A DNA stretch of 64,000 nt from the human T2T-CHM13v2.0 reference genome, Homo sapiens, in the NCBI RefSeq assembly GCF_009914755.1, contig NC_060938.1; one strand, 5' to 3'. Below, in pieces: positions 40,983 to 55,880 of this stretch. The notes under the pieces were generated by a model. That model was not told the DNA's origin and searched no databases. It saw only the letters and a list, made by a program, of their open reading frames with translations. Within the stretch, counting starts at the first letter, position 1; every line of letters begins with the position of its first letter. Position numbers and translations under genes: made by a program.

Positions 40983-41829
40983 GGGCATTCCTGCTCTACA
41001 GCTGGGATTCTGGAATGCACAGTGGGGAAGGGGGCAGGTAGGAGAGCAGAGGAAATTTGGGTCAGGGAGCAACATGAGGTGGTAGAAAAAACTGGGTGCC
41101 TGGAGGGGTTTCCACTGGGGATGGTGACCAAGCAGGCAGGGCTGAGAGGCATGGAGAACTGACCTGAGCCCGCGGTGAGTAGGTGATCCTACACCAGGGA
41201 GGGGCAGCTTCTCCTCCTCCACTTCTGGAACAGCAATCAGATAGAAGGCCACATTAGGGTCTGGGCCAGGATGGTGTAGGAGGTGGCAGAGTGAACCCAG
41301 TGGCAATGCAGGCCTCAAATCCCATCTCTGTAGCACCGATCAGACTCAGGAAGGCCTACGGCTGTGATGGGTCAGGCGTCTGGAGAAAGCAACTCGATTC
41401 TAAGGTGCCACCTGGTCTGGGTGAAAGAGAGCAGGTCTGGGTTGGGGAGAGGCAGACTGGAGAGTGGGGCTTGCAGAAGGCAGAGCCCTGATGAACCAGC
41501 ACCCGAATGAATGGATTCCAGAAAAGAGCTCTAGTTTTATTATTGCTGTCAGTGATTTCCATTTTCATATGTTAATCCCCAATTATGAAACACTTAAAAC
41601 ACACATAGAAAAGTAATTTAATAGCATATTCTCTTTGTCGAAAAACGTTGCAGATGTTATAAAACCTTTGCCTCCCTCTCCCCAGAGGTTGCCTCTGTAT
41701 CGAAGTTGGCATACAGTCTTCCTGCCCAGACTTTCATGGTTTAAGGATAAATACCTAAACAATTTACAGCACTGTCTTATGTATTTTTAAATGCACGTAC
41801 ATAGTATCAAACTGCATATACCCTTATAA

Positions 41830-42179
<350 letters not shown>

Positions 42180-43119
42180 ACCCAGGGGGTTTTATAGGTG
42201 AATGTTTACAGTATTGCAAGGACTAGGAAATCCCTCATTGATACCAGTCCTGCCAGTCTTGTCAATATAACATCGAGACCTGAGCAGTCTCCCAGGCTGT
42301 CCCCTTTGACATTAGAGATGTCTCCAATTACTGAAAAAGCAACGCTCAAGACCTGTCCCAACACAATCGCATTAGGTTAGTACGATTCCTGACTCGAGAT
42401 CATTATCTAAGCTGTTTCCTCTTCCAGGAACACTTTTTCTGCCATCTGTATCTGGTGAACTTGCCTGTGAAGGACTGTGTCCCTTTCTCATAAATCTCCC
42501 TGTCTCCTCTGCTCTTGCCTCATGAGCAAAACGGAACCGTCCTGGGCATGGGGCTCCTGGGATGAGGAATAGAGAGCATTTCTTTCTGGGTTCTTTCCTT
42601 GGCATTACCAGGAGAACGTAGGTTCCACAAAGGCCACAGTGGTCCCATTTTCTGAAGGTCAGGGACAACTCCAGGAAAGTGTCTGACTTCGAGTTCTGCC
42701 TTTGGACACTTTGTTAGACACTTTGTTAACTGCAGAGTGCCTCAGCGGGACACCCGTCCAAGGTGAGTGGCATCTTCCCTTCTTAATTGCTTCCTGCAGG
42801 CTTTTCTTAACTAGGGCTGCAGACAGATACAGACAACAGCTTCTTGACACCGCATCAGACCCACTGAAGTAGTGGGTGACAGACAGACCCAGTTAGATCA
42901 TGGTATTTTTAGACCCCAGCTTGCTGGAAACCTTTCCCCCTCAACCCCCAGTTGTGATGTGTTTCTGATAACCTCTGTTCACGCTGAAGGACTAAAGTGT
43001 CTATATCTGTGTGTGGAAAAAACAGAACATTGAACCCAAAGGAAGTTTCTAGGCCATCTTCTTCCACTCTCAGACATCTCAGGTGAGAAAACTGAGCTCA
43101 GAGAGGCCTCCTCCCACCA

Positions 43120-43700
43120 GCCACCTTCCATCCCAATTGCCTGCTTGGTCAACAGAGTGATCTTTCAAAATACAACACTGGCCCTGTCAGCTCCCTGCTT
43201 AAAATCCTTCAAAAGTTCTCTTTTGCCATCTGGATGAAGTAGGGCCTCTGCTCTCAGTACAAAAGGCCCTTATCTGGTCCGTGCATGAATACTTTGCACA
43301 CTAACTGCCCTTAGTGCACTTCTTCAAGCAAGACGCACGCCTCCAAGCCTCCCTGCGTTTGCTCTTGCTGGTCCTCCTGCCAGGGACTCCATCCCTGCAC
43401 CTGTTCATTCACCCATCCTTTCAGACAAAGCTTGAAGGCCACCTCTTCCTAGAGCTGTTTCCTGACCGCATCTCCTGGGATGAATTGGGTGCTCCTTCTC
43501 TGTGCCTCTGTGCCATTTGACACAGTCTGTATGATGGCTCTGGTGTTGAAATGTCTGTTTCATGCCTATCATACCCCTTTTATCTCTGAGCTCTCTAAGG
43601 ACAAGGACTTGACTTTTCAACTCAAATATTCCTGTGCTTTTGGCATACTTCACACTCAGAAAAAGTTTGTCCAATAAATGAAATGAGTGGGTGAATGAAT
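43120..43700 (+). mobile_element. L2 fragment
   Basis: cagagtgatctttcaaaatac...ctccctgcttaaaatccttcaa...gaatgaatga terminus. Confidence 0.7.
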
Positions 43701-44640
43701 GAGGAAACCCCTTGTTCAAGGTTTTATACAGGTGAGCACAGAATCAGGATTTCCAGGCCAGTGTGAGTCCCACCATCTTTAATGCCTGATTAAAATATAC
43801 GCTAACTCTGCCAATAAAATTATGCCATTGAATGCCTTACTGGGATTGTACCTACATCTTCGAAATACAGAAAAGGCTTTTTAGCCCTAACAAGGCTGTC
43901 TTACTGCCCCAGCTTGGCTGGGAGCTCAGCTGTGGAAAGTCGGCAGCTTCAACTGAGGCCATTAAACCGGGCATTACCTGAAGCCACGTGCCGGATAGCA
44001 TCAGTCACTCAGCTGGTTTTCAAGCTTTAAGGACAGAAATCGCGTTATCTTTATGAACCTCAGAGCAGTGCACCCTCTGTTGGTCATATCTGGAATTGCA
44101 CAGGGTCAAGGTTTGATTCTGTATTTGGTCCGGGACACAGCAGTTCTGTGAAATCATCCACTCGCTCACTCAATTCATTTTCTCGTTCATCCATCTTATA
44201 GACATCCATTGAGTGAGTTCCATATTCCCGCCATGGTACCACGGGTGGGTGTAAATGGTGAATGAGAAAGTCACAGCCCTCCATTAATGGTGTTGATAAT
44301 CTGGCAGGGAAAGCAAAAATTCAACAATCTATTTCAAGAGTAGTGAGTGCTCTTCTAAGTGGAAATTCAGGATGCTAACAGGACACTAACAGGGAAATTC
44401 GGGACGCTAACAGGGCCTGGAGAGCTCACCTGGGCGGTGTGGGAAGGTGGGCGGCGAGGAAGAAGTAACGCCTATCCACCCCACCTCATACTCATCTAGC
44501 GGCTGTTACATGCCAGACATTGCGATGGTTCTGGGAGACAAAAACCAGAGTCTAGTGGCGGAAGGAGGGCAGGAGACCCCAAGGCAATTATGACAGCAGC
44601 GGCAACAAAACAACAGCTATTACGCATTGCGCAGCTTTAA

Positions 44641-45016
<376 letters not shown>

Positions 45017-45320
45017 TATTATGGTCCTTTTTGAGGGGAAAGAAATTGAACCTCCTGGTTGATTCCACCACATTATGCCCCTCTCACTACATTATCCAGC
45101 CTCTCCAACCTGAGTAAGTTCAAAATAGAAGTACATCCGGGGCACGATCTTCACCAAACCCCATGCTCTGGGGACTGCCATGACTCTGCAGGTGAGAGAC
45201 CCAAGACATGGTGAGGTCAAGAGCCTTGCGCCAGGTCCCCCAGCTGTCAGGAGAGAGCTGGTCTAGAGTGAATGGTCAGGAAAGAGAGCTGTGCAGTCTC
45301 ACTACCTGACACTCGCCAGG

Positions 45321-45738
45321 TATGTTAGTTCGTTGTGGCATTGCTATAAAGAAATACCTGAGACTGGATAATGTATGAGAAAAGAGGTTTGGTTGGCTCA
45401 TGGTTCTGCAGGCTGTACAGGAAGCATGGCAGCTTCTGCTTCTGGGGAGGCCTCAGGAAGTTTCCAATCATGGCAGAAGGCAAAGGTGGGGTAGGCACAT
45501 CACATTGCGAAAGCAGGAGCAAGGGAGGCGAGGGAAGGTGCCACACGTATTTAAATAACCAGATCTCATGAGAACTCACTCACTGTCGCGAGGACAGTAC
45601 CACAGGGGATGGTACTAAACTATTCATGAGAAATCTGCCCCGATGACCCAATCCCCTCCCACCAGGCCCTACCTTCAACATTGGGGGTTACATTTCAATA
45701 TGAGATTTGGGTGGGGACACACATTCCAAATTATATCA
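45321..45738 (-). mobile_element. MSTB-like MaLR solo LTR inserted in a MIR
   Basis: gcattgctataaagaaatacctgagactgg ... ccaaattatatca; TSD ccagg/cctgg; MIR resumes at tgtgacctttgggc...cctcagtttctcc. Confidence 0.88.
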
Positions 45739-47519
45739 CCTGGCGTGTGACCTTTGGGCCAGTGACATTTTCTGTGCCTCAGTTTCTCCACTACCTACCT
45801 CATGAAATGGTCTTGAGGAAACAAAACAATACACTTTTAGAGTCTGGCACATTCAGCCTTCAATATGTGTTATTCATTATTATCATTACTAGCTCTTATA
45901 GGGGGGATATTTTTCCCCTACTCCTTATGTTTCCATGTGGAAGGACCTCCACTAGGGCGACACCCTTGGTCTCTTTCTGCCACACACTCTTCACCTTACT
46001 CACACCTTCCCAAGAAAGGTGGCAGCATTTACCGAACTGGTGAGCCTGGGAGAAGGAACTGGGCATGTTGGGATCAGCCCTTTCTGGGTCCTCTTTTAGA
46101 GCTGGGTAGGCACAGGTGTCTGATTCAGAGGTAAAATTTTAGGGACCCATGCAACTAAGCCACTTGCCCCAACCTTACTTTTTTCAACGGAGGTTTTGTC
46201 TCCCCCGTCTGCCTGATGCCTCTGCCCTTTTCCTGTCATTTATCCTGAACATGGGTGGGGAAGAGAAACTCCAACATTAGCCAGAAGTGATACCCAGTTT
46301 CCTTTCTGCAATTTCTCATTGTGCTTTTGCTGCTTCTAAGGGTTTTGTGTCTCTGGGGTAGAAAAGGAAGAAAACCTTTTTCAGGCTGAAGATCTACAGA
46401 AGTCTGGACTTGGACTTAGAGTAGACCTCGAGAGCCTGGACATGACTGGCAGTAAACAGCCCAAGGCTGTAATTCCTCAGAGGATGGAACTGGGATCCCA
46501 GAAAGGCAGGTGGTGAAGAGTGAAGCTGAATGCAGCTCACAGATCCTGCCTGCCAGGCCGGGCCTTTCCCCAGAGGTGCTTCCCTCGACCACCTGGGGGG
46601 CTGCAGGCTTTCCTTGGCTTTAATTGGTGGATGGCTCACCTGGCGTCAGACATTCAAACAATTATTAGGTAATTAATGAGAAAGGGGTACTAGTTGTGAG
46701 AATGAGTAAGATGGGGAAGGCAGGGGCCTCAGTCTCCAGGGGTCCAGCTCCCCCAGCCCAGGCCCTGGTGTGCAGGGCACAGCCTTGCCTGCTGTGCACA
46801 AAAGGAGGTAAGGCCCTCATTGCTATTCAAGCTGTGTTCCTCTCAGTCTCTCATGATGAAATCCCTGTATAGAAAGCGAAATGGATCTCTGGCTGATCTG
46901 AGGCTCCCAGCCCAGGCCTACCTTGCACCTGACACCAGTCTCAGGGAGTGTGTGGGTGGCACGGCTGCTCTCCTGACAGAAGAGCCCTCCTGAGTCTGGC
47001 CCCCACCTACTCTCCAGCTGCTTGCCTGGGCCCTGTGCTCCTGCCCACTGCACAGCAGAGGTGGGCACCACCAGGGCTCTGCCGCTTTGCTATGCTCTTC
47101 TCTCTGTCTGGAGTGCCTTTCCTCCCCCTGGGCCTGGAGAACTTAGAATTCACCACCAAGGCTCAATGCAAATGTCATCTTTTTTATAAAAACATTTCTA
47201 TCCTTCCTTTGTGGTTCTCCAGCAAGCCTCTAGTATAACAGTTTTCATTTCGTTGAAGACTCTAAGGCTCCTGACCCTATTTAGCTACAAGTGTGTTTTG
47301 TTTGGCCAGCATTGTGATTTTAGAAAACTTAAAAGTAGGTAGAGCTTGTACACTCCAGTTCACCACAGAACCACCACTGCCCTGTTGTATTACACCATGC
47401 CTATCAGGTATTTTGATTTTTCGCCTTGACCCTGAAGGCTTTTGAGTTTGCATCCCTGTTGAAGAGCCTGGCTCCAGAAGATACAGTTTTGAAGGAGGTT
47501 GTTCGTAGAGGTATACTCC

Positions 47520-48239
47520 TGTATATTAGGGTTCTCCACAGGAAGAGAACCAACATGGATATGTATTAGAAAAGAAGTGTGTGTGTGTATATATATATGT
47601 GTGTGTGTATGCATATTGTGTGTATATATATACACATATATATGAATTAGATAACTAATGGGAATTTATATTTATATATACATATATACATGAGTTAGGT
47701 AATTAATGGGAATATATATATATGTGTGCATATATATATGTGTGCATATATATATACACATATACATACATGGCTCACATGATTATGGAGGGACAAGACC
47801 CAAGATCTTAAATTGGCAAACTGGAGACCCAGGAGAGCTGATGGTGTAGTTCCAGTCTGAATCGGAAGGCCTGGAAACCAGGAGGGCTGATGAGTCCAAA
47901 GACCTGTAGGCTTAAGACCAGGAAGAGTCAATACTTCAGTTTGAGTTCAAAGACAGGAAAAACACAATGTCTTAACTCTAAGGAAGTCAGGCAGGAGGAG
48001 CTCCCTCTTACTCTCAGGCACGTCAGCCCTTTGGTTCTATTCAGGCCTTTGACTGGTTGGATGAGGCCCACCATATTGGGAGGGCAATCTAGTATACTCC
48101 ATCTACCAATTCAATTGCTGTTGTCATCCAGAGACACACTTACAAACACACCCAGAACAAACACACCCAGAATAATGTTCAACCAATGTCTGGACACCCG
48201 GTGGACCAATCATGTTGACACATAAAATTAACTGTCACA
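47520..48239 (-). mobile_element. MLT2B-like solo LTR with internal (TA/TG)n
   Basis: tattagggttctcca ... gttgacacataaaattaactgtcaca. Confidence 0.85.
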
Positions 48240-49188
48240 TCCCCTGAGATTCCTGATATGGTTTTGCTGTGTACCCCCCCCAAAAAATATCATCCTGAAT
48301 TGTAATCCTCATAATCCCCTCATGGCAAGGGCGGGACCAGGTGGAGGTAATCAGATCATGGGGGCAGTTTTTCCCATGCTGTTCTCGTGACAGTGAGTGA
48401 GTCCCATGAGATCTCATGGTTTTATGTGTCTGGCATTTCCCCTGCTTGCACTCACTCCATCCTGCCACCCTGTGAAGAAGGTGCCTGCTTCTCCTTTGCC
48501 TTCTGCCATGATTGTAAGTTTCCTGAGGCCTCCCCAACAATGTGGAACTGTGAGTCAATTAAACCTCTTTCCTTTATAAATTACCCAGTCTTGGGTATTT
48601 CTTCATAGCAGTGTGAAAAAGGACTAATACAATTCCCATCTCCTGGTTATTCAAGCAAACATGAGTCTAGGTATTGTTGTGAGGGAATTTTGCAGATGTA
48701 AATGAGATTAGAAATTTGAAGACAGGGAGATTATTCTGAAGACAGGGAGATTATTCTTTCCCAAGCTAACCACATGAGCCCATAAAAGCAGAGAACCTTC
48801 TCTGGCTGGAGACACAGGTGCAGCAGAAAGAGAAGAGAGAGCCTAGGCCTGAGGACTTGGCACATCGTGGCTGGTTCTGAGGTGCAAGTGGCCACCACAT
48901 GCAAGGCCTGGGGAGAGGCCTGTGGGAGCTGAGGGAGACCCCCAGTCATGGTCAACAAAGAAATGGGGCCTCAGTTCTACCACAGCAAAGGAACTGAGTC
49001 AGGTCAACAACCTGAATAAGTGCAGTAGTGGGTTCTTCCCCAGGGACTCCAGTAAGGAATGCAGCCCTGATGGCCCTTGATTTTAGCTCAGTGTTAGATT
49101 TCTAACCAGCAGAAATTGTGAGATAATAAATTTGTGTTATTTTAAGTTGCTCTGTGGTAATTTGTTACGAAAATAGAAAATGGATACA
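48240..49188 (+). mobile_element. MLT1E-like MaLR LTR hosting a THE1 insertion
   Basis: gagattcc|catctcctggttattcaa...ttttgcagatgtaa...gagataataaatttgtgttattttaag...aatagaaaatggataca. Confidence 0.75.
48254..48631 (+). mobile_element. THE1D/MSTA-like solo LTR
   Basis: tgatatggtt ... ggactaataca; 5-bp TSD attcc at 48249-48253 and 48632-48636. Confidence 0.9.
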
Positions 49189-50075
49189 GGGAAAGTCCAT
49201 GCCTTTTTCGTTTTTAGCTTCCCTCCCACCTTCTCAAAGTCTGGCACATAGTAGGTGCTTGCCATGTGTTTGCCAACTGACTGAGAGGCAAATCACAAGG
49301 GATGAAACTTAGCCCTGCTTCCCCTCAGAGAACAGACCTTATGATTTCTATTTCTGACTGTATGTGCGGCTCAGGATAGGAGAAGCTGATTGACAGCAAG
49401 TTGACGGACAGCCCAATTTAAATCTCCAGTCAGGAAAAACTTGGGTGAATCATTGTTTTCTGCAAAAAATGACACTTCAGTATGTATGTTCCATAATTTG
49501 TGGAGATGGGTTCCAGTTTAAAGAGTTCCTTAGTGAAGAAAAAAAAAACCATGATTTATCTTCCTAAAGCTTTCTTTTTCTTCTCCTGATGATGACAAAT
49601 GTCTGCAGCCCCCTCAGGGGATGATGGGATGAAACGCACACCATTGGTCATTGTGACAGAACAGCCTGGACCCCCCAGAAACTTATGGTTTAGGAAGAAT
49701 GGCATGATGCCCACAAGCAACTGTAGCACAGCACAGAGATGCTGTAGGATGGAGAACAGCAGAGCAGGGAGCACGGGACAGCAGAGAACATCCTGAAACA
49801 GGAGACAGAAAACCTGGTGTCCACTCCTCTCTTTGTTGCATAACCTGAGTCTCAGTTCCCTTTTTAAATGAACCTCCTCTGTTTCTTTCAAGCTCTGGGA
49901 TCAGAAAATATTACCTATGCCAAAGAGTTCTGACCTTGACTCTACTGAGGCCCCAGGAAGGCTCAATCTGACAATATGGTACCTATTCATATGTTATTTT
50001 AGCCATAACAGCATGTATGCATGTATATTGGAATATTACAAACATGAATTATAAGCTAAAAAAAATTCAAGAATA

Positions 50076-50460
<385 letters not shown>

Positions 50461-51411
50461 CTACACATCAACCAGCCAGTGGTTTTCTAACAACAACATT
50501 TAATGTTGAGAAACCCCTTCATCCGGTCATCACCCAGCAGCATTCCCACAAGCACTGAGGAAGAAATGCCTCAAGCTCTGAGGGGCACACTCTGAAAATC
50601 TCTGGTGTAGCCTATTTTGAAGAGAAAGAAACAGGCCTACAGAAGGTCAAATGATTTGTACAAGGTGAATGGCTTAGTCAGGGCTTGGACCCTGTGTACT
50701 TGACCCCAAGACCAGTGTCCAATCCATGACACTACTTCCCACCATCACACACAACGAGGAAGATAAGAGTGTTGGGTAGGACAGCAACTCAATTTTCACG
50801 CTCCTTTTCCCTTTATTCACAGGCAGAAAGAGACAGATGAAAATGTGGACTAGGTTTATTATCCCTCAGCATATGTTGGTTTTAATAAGTGTGTTCTTTG
50901 TAGATTCATTAATCCACTGTTAGAAACCGAAAATGAGTATTTCAGATGCTTAATGTGATGTCCTAGATGCTCTGAGACTCAAGTCCCCTCCAGAGAGAGT
51001 GTTCTTTAATCTTCCTAAATGGTCCGTAATGAAACCTGTGGGTCTGTAATAGGGAATATAGTCCGTTATGACTTATTGACAAGATTTTCTAAAAAAAAAA
51101 AACCTCATTAAAAAAGTATCCCAAATGATATCACTGAGGCTTAGTCTCTTTATTCCATGATGACATTTTGAAATGTAACTTTAAATGGTTCCTCCTTTAT
51201 ATATATACATATATAAACAAACAAGAGGGATTTTGACAAAATAGCAATGATCTGATTTTAACGTATATTTTAGCAATACAATTTAAATTATCTGTAATGG
51301 TTTATAATTAAATCCTATATACTGTTAGAATTGTGATGAACCTTAGATATTACATAATTTGCATCTGTTTTTAGAAAAGAAGATCCCGAGACAGCAAATC
51401 ACCTTTCCAGC

Positions 51412-51538
51412 GTTGTACTGCAAGTTTGAGATATACCCAAAACAAAAATTCAGCTCTCCTGATATGCAGACCTAGGTTGTACTGCAAGTTTGGGATATAA
51501 CCAAAACAAAAATTCAGCTCTCCTGACATGCAGACCTA
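51412..51538. repeat. 64-bp tandem duplication
   Basis: gttgtactgcaagtttg...cagctctcctga(t/c)atgcagaccta at 51412 and 51476; three mismatches. Confidence 0.95.
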
Positions 51539-51669
51539 TGTGTCATTCATGAAGCTATGCTTCAGAACTGGCCCAGTGCAATTCTAACTTCACTGTGGTA
51601 AAATTACAGCTTTTCAATAGTAATAAGAAAAAGGAAATTCTTTATTTAAGAAAATAAGAAAAAGGCACC

Positions 51670-51875
51670 CAGGGGAGCAGTGAGGAGCATAGCCTTTGTC
51701 ATAAGACCCTATAATCTCGGGGCAGTTACCTACCTCTTGAAGTCTAGCCTTTCTCATTTGTAGAATGGGGACAAGTTGTCCAACATGGTAGGACTATTGT
51801 GAGAATTAAGTGGTCCAAGGTAGGTAAAGCATACAGCACTTGGCATAGTAAGCATTATTTATTATTATTATTATT
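51670..51875 (+). mobile_element. MIR
   Basis: tttctcatttgtagaatgggg...attgtgagaattaagtg...tggcatagtaagca. Confidence 0.7.
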
Positions 51876-52422
51876 ACCTTGTGAATTTTTATATATGGTC
51901 ATATATTGTATACATGAACGCCTTCAGAGAAACTTGCTTCTCTCTGCTCCAGTTTATGGCAAACTCCTATTTCTTAACCTGTCAAATCTTGGATTTTTTA
52001 AACTCTGAGAAAAGCATATATTCCCTTATCTCCCAAGATATACACCCTGTCAGTGAATTATTTTCTGTGTTTGAAATTGGAGGCTAAAAGCTATTTCTAA
52101 AGGAGCAGAAGAGTTGGCCAACTCACTTCAGCAAACATTTATGCAACACCTCTCTTCCATTAGGCTGCGTAAAATGCAGAGACAGAAACAGATGTGATTC
52201 CTGCCCTCCAGGGGCTCCCAAAATGGTGGTAAAGACAGACATCTTCAAGTGTCTCTAATATAGGCATTAATACAAGTGTTCCTCTAGAAGGACAAATAAA
52301 GCAATGTAGAACGAGGATGTTATGAAGTGAGAGGAATTATTCTGACTAGGACATACAGAAAGATCTTTGAGGAATATAATTTGATTTAACTCTTAAAGGG
52401 ATGGTAGGTCTTGAACAGGAAT

Positions 52423-52680
52423 TGCAGTAGGCAGCTTTTAAGATGGTCTCCAGTGGTCCTTACCTGCTGATGTCCACAGCCTCATGTAATCCCCTCCCCT
52501 TGAGTGACTTGCTTCTAATAAACAAAACACTGCAACATTGAGGGGATGTCACTTCCATGATAAAATTACAAAAGATTCTGACTTCTGTCTTGCCAGCAGA
52601 CTGCTTTCAATGGTGTTTTTGAGGAAGCCTCTTATTACATTGGGGTGGCCTATGTGCCAAGAAACTGATAAGGCAATTTG
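52423..52680 (+). mobile_element. MLT1F-like LTR fragment inside an antisense L2 (about 52125-52960)
   Basis: aggcagctttaagatggtctccagtg...tgtaatcccctccccttgagtgacttgcttctaa. Confidence 0.65.
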
Positions 52681-54169
52681 CACATCCTGAGCTATGAATT
52701 TGTGGAATAGAAATTAAACTCATGTGACTGGACCATGATGTTTGTGGAGAGATGCAGCAGGATATGACGTTAGAATGATAGGTTATGGCTAAATTGTGAA
52801 GGGCCCTCAATAGCCAGCTAAGGATTATGAGCTATACTGGAAGGCAATAGGGAACCATTGAGAATCTTGGAGCAGATGAGTAACTTTATTAGATAGAGTT
52901 GCTCTACCAAAGACTAATCAAATGCTGTATGCACAACACATCAAAGGGGGAGAAATTAGAGACAGCTTCCCGGGGGAGGTAGTGAGGCCCTGAATTCGGA
53001 CCCTCTGACTAAAGAAATAAACAGCAGCCCAGAAAATACTGTAATAGAATTCTTATTGATGTTGAAGGTTCTCTGAACACTCCCCAGTTTGTGAGGCAGA
53101 AACTCTATCAGGTATTTATTTGACATCCACCTCATTTCCACTCCACACAGTGACAAACTCATATTGGAACTGAAAATAATCACAAGCCTGACTCTGTGAA
53201 AATGAAAGGAAATGTTCCCAAGATGGAGAAAGGAGCTGGTAGGGCTGAGTATTTTCTCAGCTTCCTGGAGAAGACCCATTTATAAACCTTAACAAGGGTG
53301 CCAGGGTTCCCAGGCTCTGCCTTCTTCACCTTTCCATGTTCTGGCTCCCCACATCCCTAGGCATCCTTGAAGGAGGATTGAAGGGTGTTAGAAACCATTC
53401 CAATATTTAAAAAAAAAACCCACATAGATATCCTTGCAGTTACTCACAATATTCAGCACAGTGAACAAGGATGCCAAATCCCTTTGGTTGGGGCTAGAAG
53501 TACAAGCAGTACTACATGGCAGTTCTGGATGACCAATTAAAATTCCTGGCTGGATCTGTGCTTTTAATTAACTAAAATGGAAAAATGAATTAATTGCCAC
53601 TTCAAAATTAGAGCATGTTTAGTGGTGGTAGCTTGATGTAATGGTCAGTATAGCAAAATGAAGTTGCTGTGTTGGTCTGCTGTGTGCTCTTGATAAGGGA
53701 TTCCTCAGTGAGATTCAATTTTTGCTCCCCAGGAGGATGGGGCCAATAATCATTGCCTTTCAAGGTTGTTATTTGGATTAAAGACATAATGTATGCAAGG
53801 ATCCTAGCCCTCAGTAAATGGTGGCTATCTTAAAAATAGTTGGACAAGATATTTATACAATATTCTGGCAAAAGGGGATTGGACTGAGAGGAGATCTGTC
53901 CGTGGTCCTGAAAGTTTGATCACCACTGCTTTTGTTCTTTATGCCAGGAGCATTGGTTCAGCTGACTTCATTTCTGTCATGGACTTTTTCTTCAGCCAAG
54001 TTTTTAAAATGTTTTTCTAGCCCTGATGTAATTGTTCTTCTATCTTTTTGCTACAGTAATCTTTTAAAGGCACAGATTTAGTAGTCTTATGCCCTTGACA
54101 AGGTCCAAACCTCTCCCAAGGCATCGGAGAACCCCAAAATAGACTACCTCCCTGCCTCTCCACCCTCCT

Positions 54170-54370
54170 CTCCCCTCAATTCCCATCATATGCTCATATG
54201 TTCAAACCTGAGGAGGGGATCGTGGGAATCCCCAATTTATAGCCGGTTGGCCAGAAATACTGGAGGCCTGGACTTAAGAGTGGAATCTCAAGTCAGGGCA
54301 GTCTTGTGAGGTCAGTGTGGGAAAAATCTCACATGTTCTGGTGACCAGAGATGTTATGTGTTGATTGTGT
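54170..54370 (+). mobile_element. MER21-like LTR fragment
   Basis: gaggaggggatcgtgggaatccccaatttatagccggttggccagaa. Confidence 0.6.
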
Positions 54371-55079
54371 GCCTATTATATGCAGTGATTTTTTAAAGGA
54401 CCAGTGATTAATAAAGGAGATTCTATAAAAGCATTCCATGAGGGATCAATTATGTTGACTTAGTTGGACACTAAGCAGTGAATGGACAATAACAACAACA
54501 GAGATCAATGGGACACAAAATAACAAAACAAAAGAAATACTGCCAGGCTTGGAAAAGAGCACAGGATCTGAAGTAAGAAGGTCTGAGTTCAGGCTTCATT
54601 CCACCAGTTCCTAGGTACGTGACCAAGAGCAAGCACCCAACTATAACAAGCCTGTTTCCGAATGTGAAAACTTGCAATGAAAAAATGCCCTTTTCTATCT
54701 ACACCAGAGTGAGCATGTTTGGGTAGATGCTTCTTACTAAATAAGACACAAAAGTTGCAAGCTAATTATTGGTATAAGATGCTGTGCAAAAATAGCTGAG
54801 TTAAAGAAAATAACTCATCAGCCTTTCCCTACTAACCTGCAGACAGAGACACTATCTTCCCCCAAGGGCCAAATAAGAAATATGTTCTTGTTTTCAATTT
54901 CTCTTTCCCAAACTCCACACCAAGCCCCGCCATTATATCATGTCAATTCTTCTTCCATATGTCTCCTTCTATTCTGAAACCCCACTCTCTGCTTTGAGTG
55001 GGGTTGTCACCATCTCCAGCCTGGACCCCTGCAGTGCATGGTCTTCTAATCCAGACCTTCCCAAGCTTTCATGCATGAA

Positions 55080-55408
55080 GAGTTGGCCCTCTGTATCTAT
55101 GAGTTCATATGTGTGATTTCAACCAACAGCAAACCGAAAATATTTTAAAAAACAACAAAAGTAACAACATAACAATACAAATGATACAAATGTAAAACCA
55201 ACACAGTAGAACAACTATTTACATAGCATTTGCATTGTATCAGGTAGGTCTGATAAGCAATCTAGAGACGATTTAAAGTATACTGGAGGATGTGCATAGG
55301 CTGTATGCAAATACTATACCATTTTATATAAAGTGCTTGAGCATTTGTGGATTTCGATATGCTCTAGGGTCCTGGAACCAATCCCTTGTGGATACCGAGG
55401 GATGACGG
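55080..55408 (+). mobile_element. MER2 (Tigger) DNA transposon
   Basis: agttggccctctgtatc ... gtcctggaaccaatccc...ggataccgagggatgac terminal inverted repeats. Confidence 0.88.
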
Positions 55409-55409
55409 T

Positions 55410-55880
55410 ACACATCACCTGGGATCTTGTTAAAATGCGGACTCTCAATCAGTAGTTGCTCAGGATGTGTCCTGAGATTCTGCTTGCCTAACAAGGAGGG
55501 CCAATACTGCTGTTCCATGGACCACACAGTGAACAGAAAGGCTCTAACCGGTGTCCCTGAATGTAATCTTACACCTGCCACACAACCCATTAACTTCACT
55601 GTCCCCAGAGGGATCTTTCCAAGGCAGAAAACTGACAATGTTGTGCCCATGCTTAAGACCTGCAATGAGAAGGCAGATTCAATGTCAGGATTCTCAAACC
55701 TGGCTGCAGATTTCAATCCCTTGGGAAGCTTTAACTAACCAACCAGACAGACAGTGCCCAGACCCCAGGCCAGACCAATTAAATAAAACTACCCAGAGGT
55801 GGGCCCCAGACAAAGATATTTTAAATAACTAACTTTCCAAGTGGGTATGATGTACAGCCAGGGTTAAGAATCCCTGACTA
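55410..55880. mobile_element. MER5-type hAT fragments
   Basis: atcacctgggatcttgttaaaatgc; ttctcaaacctggctgca...cagccagggttaagaa. Confidence 0.6.
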
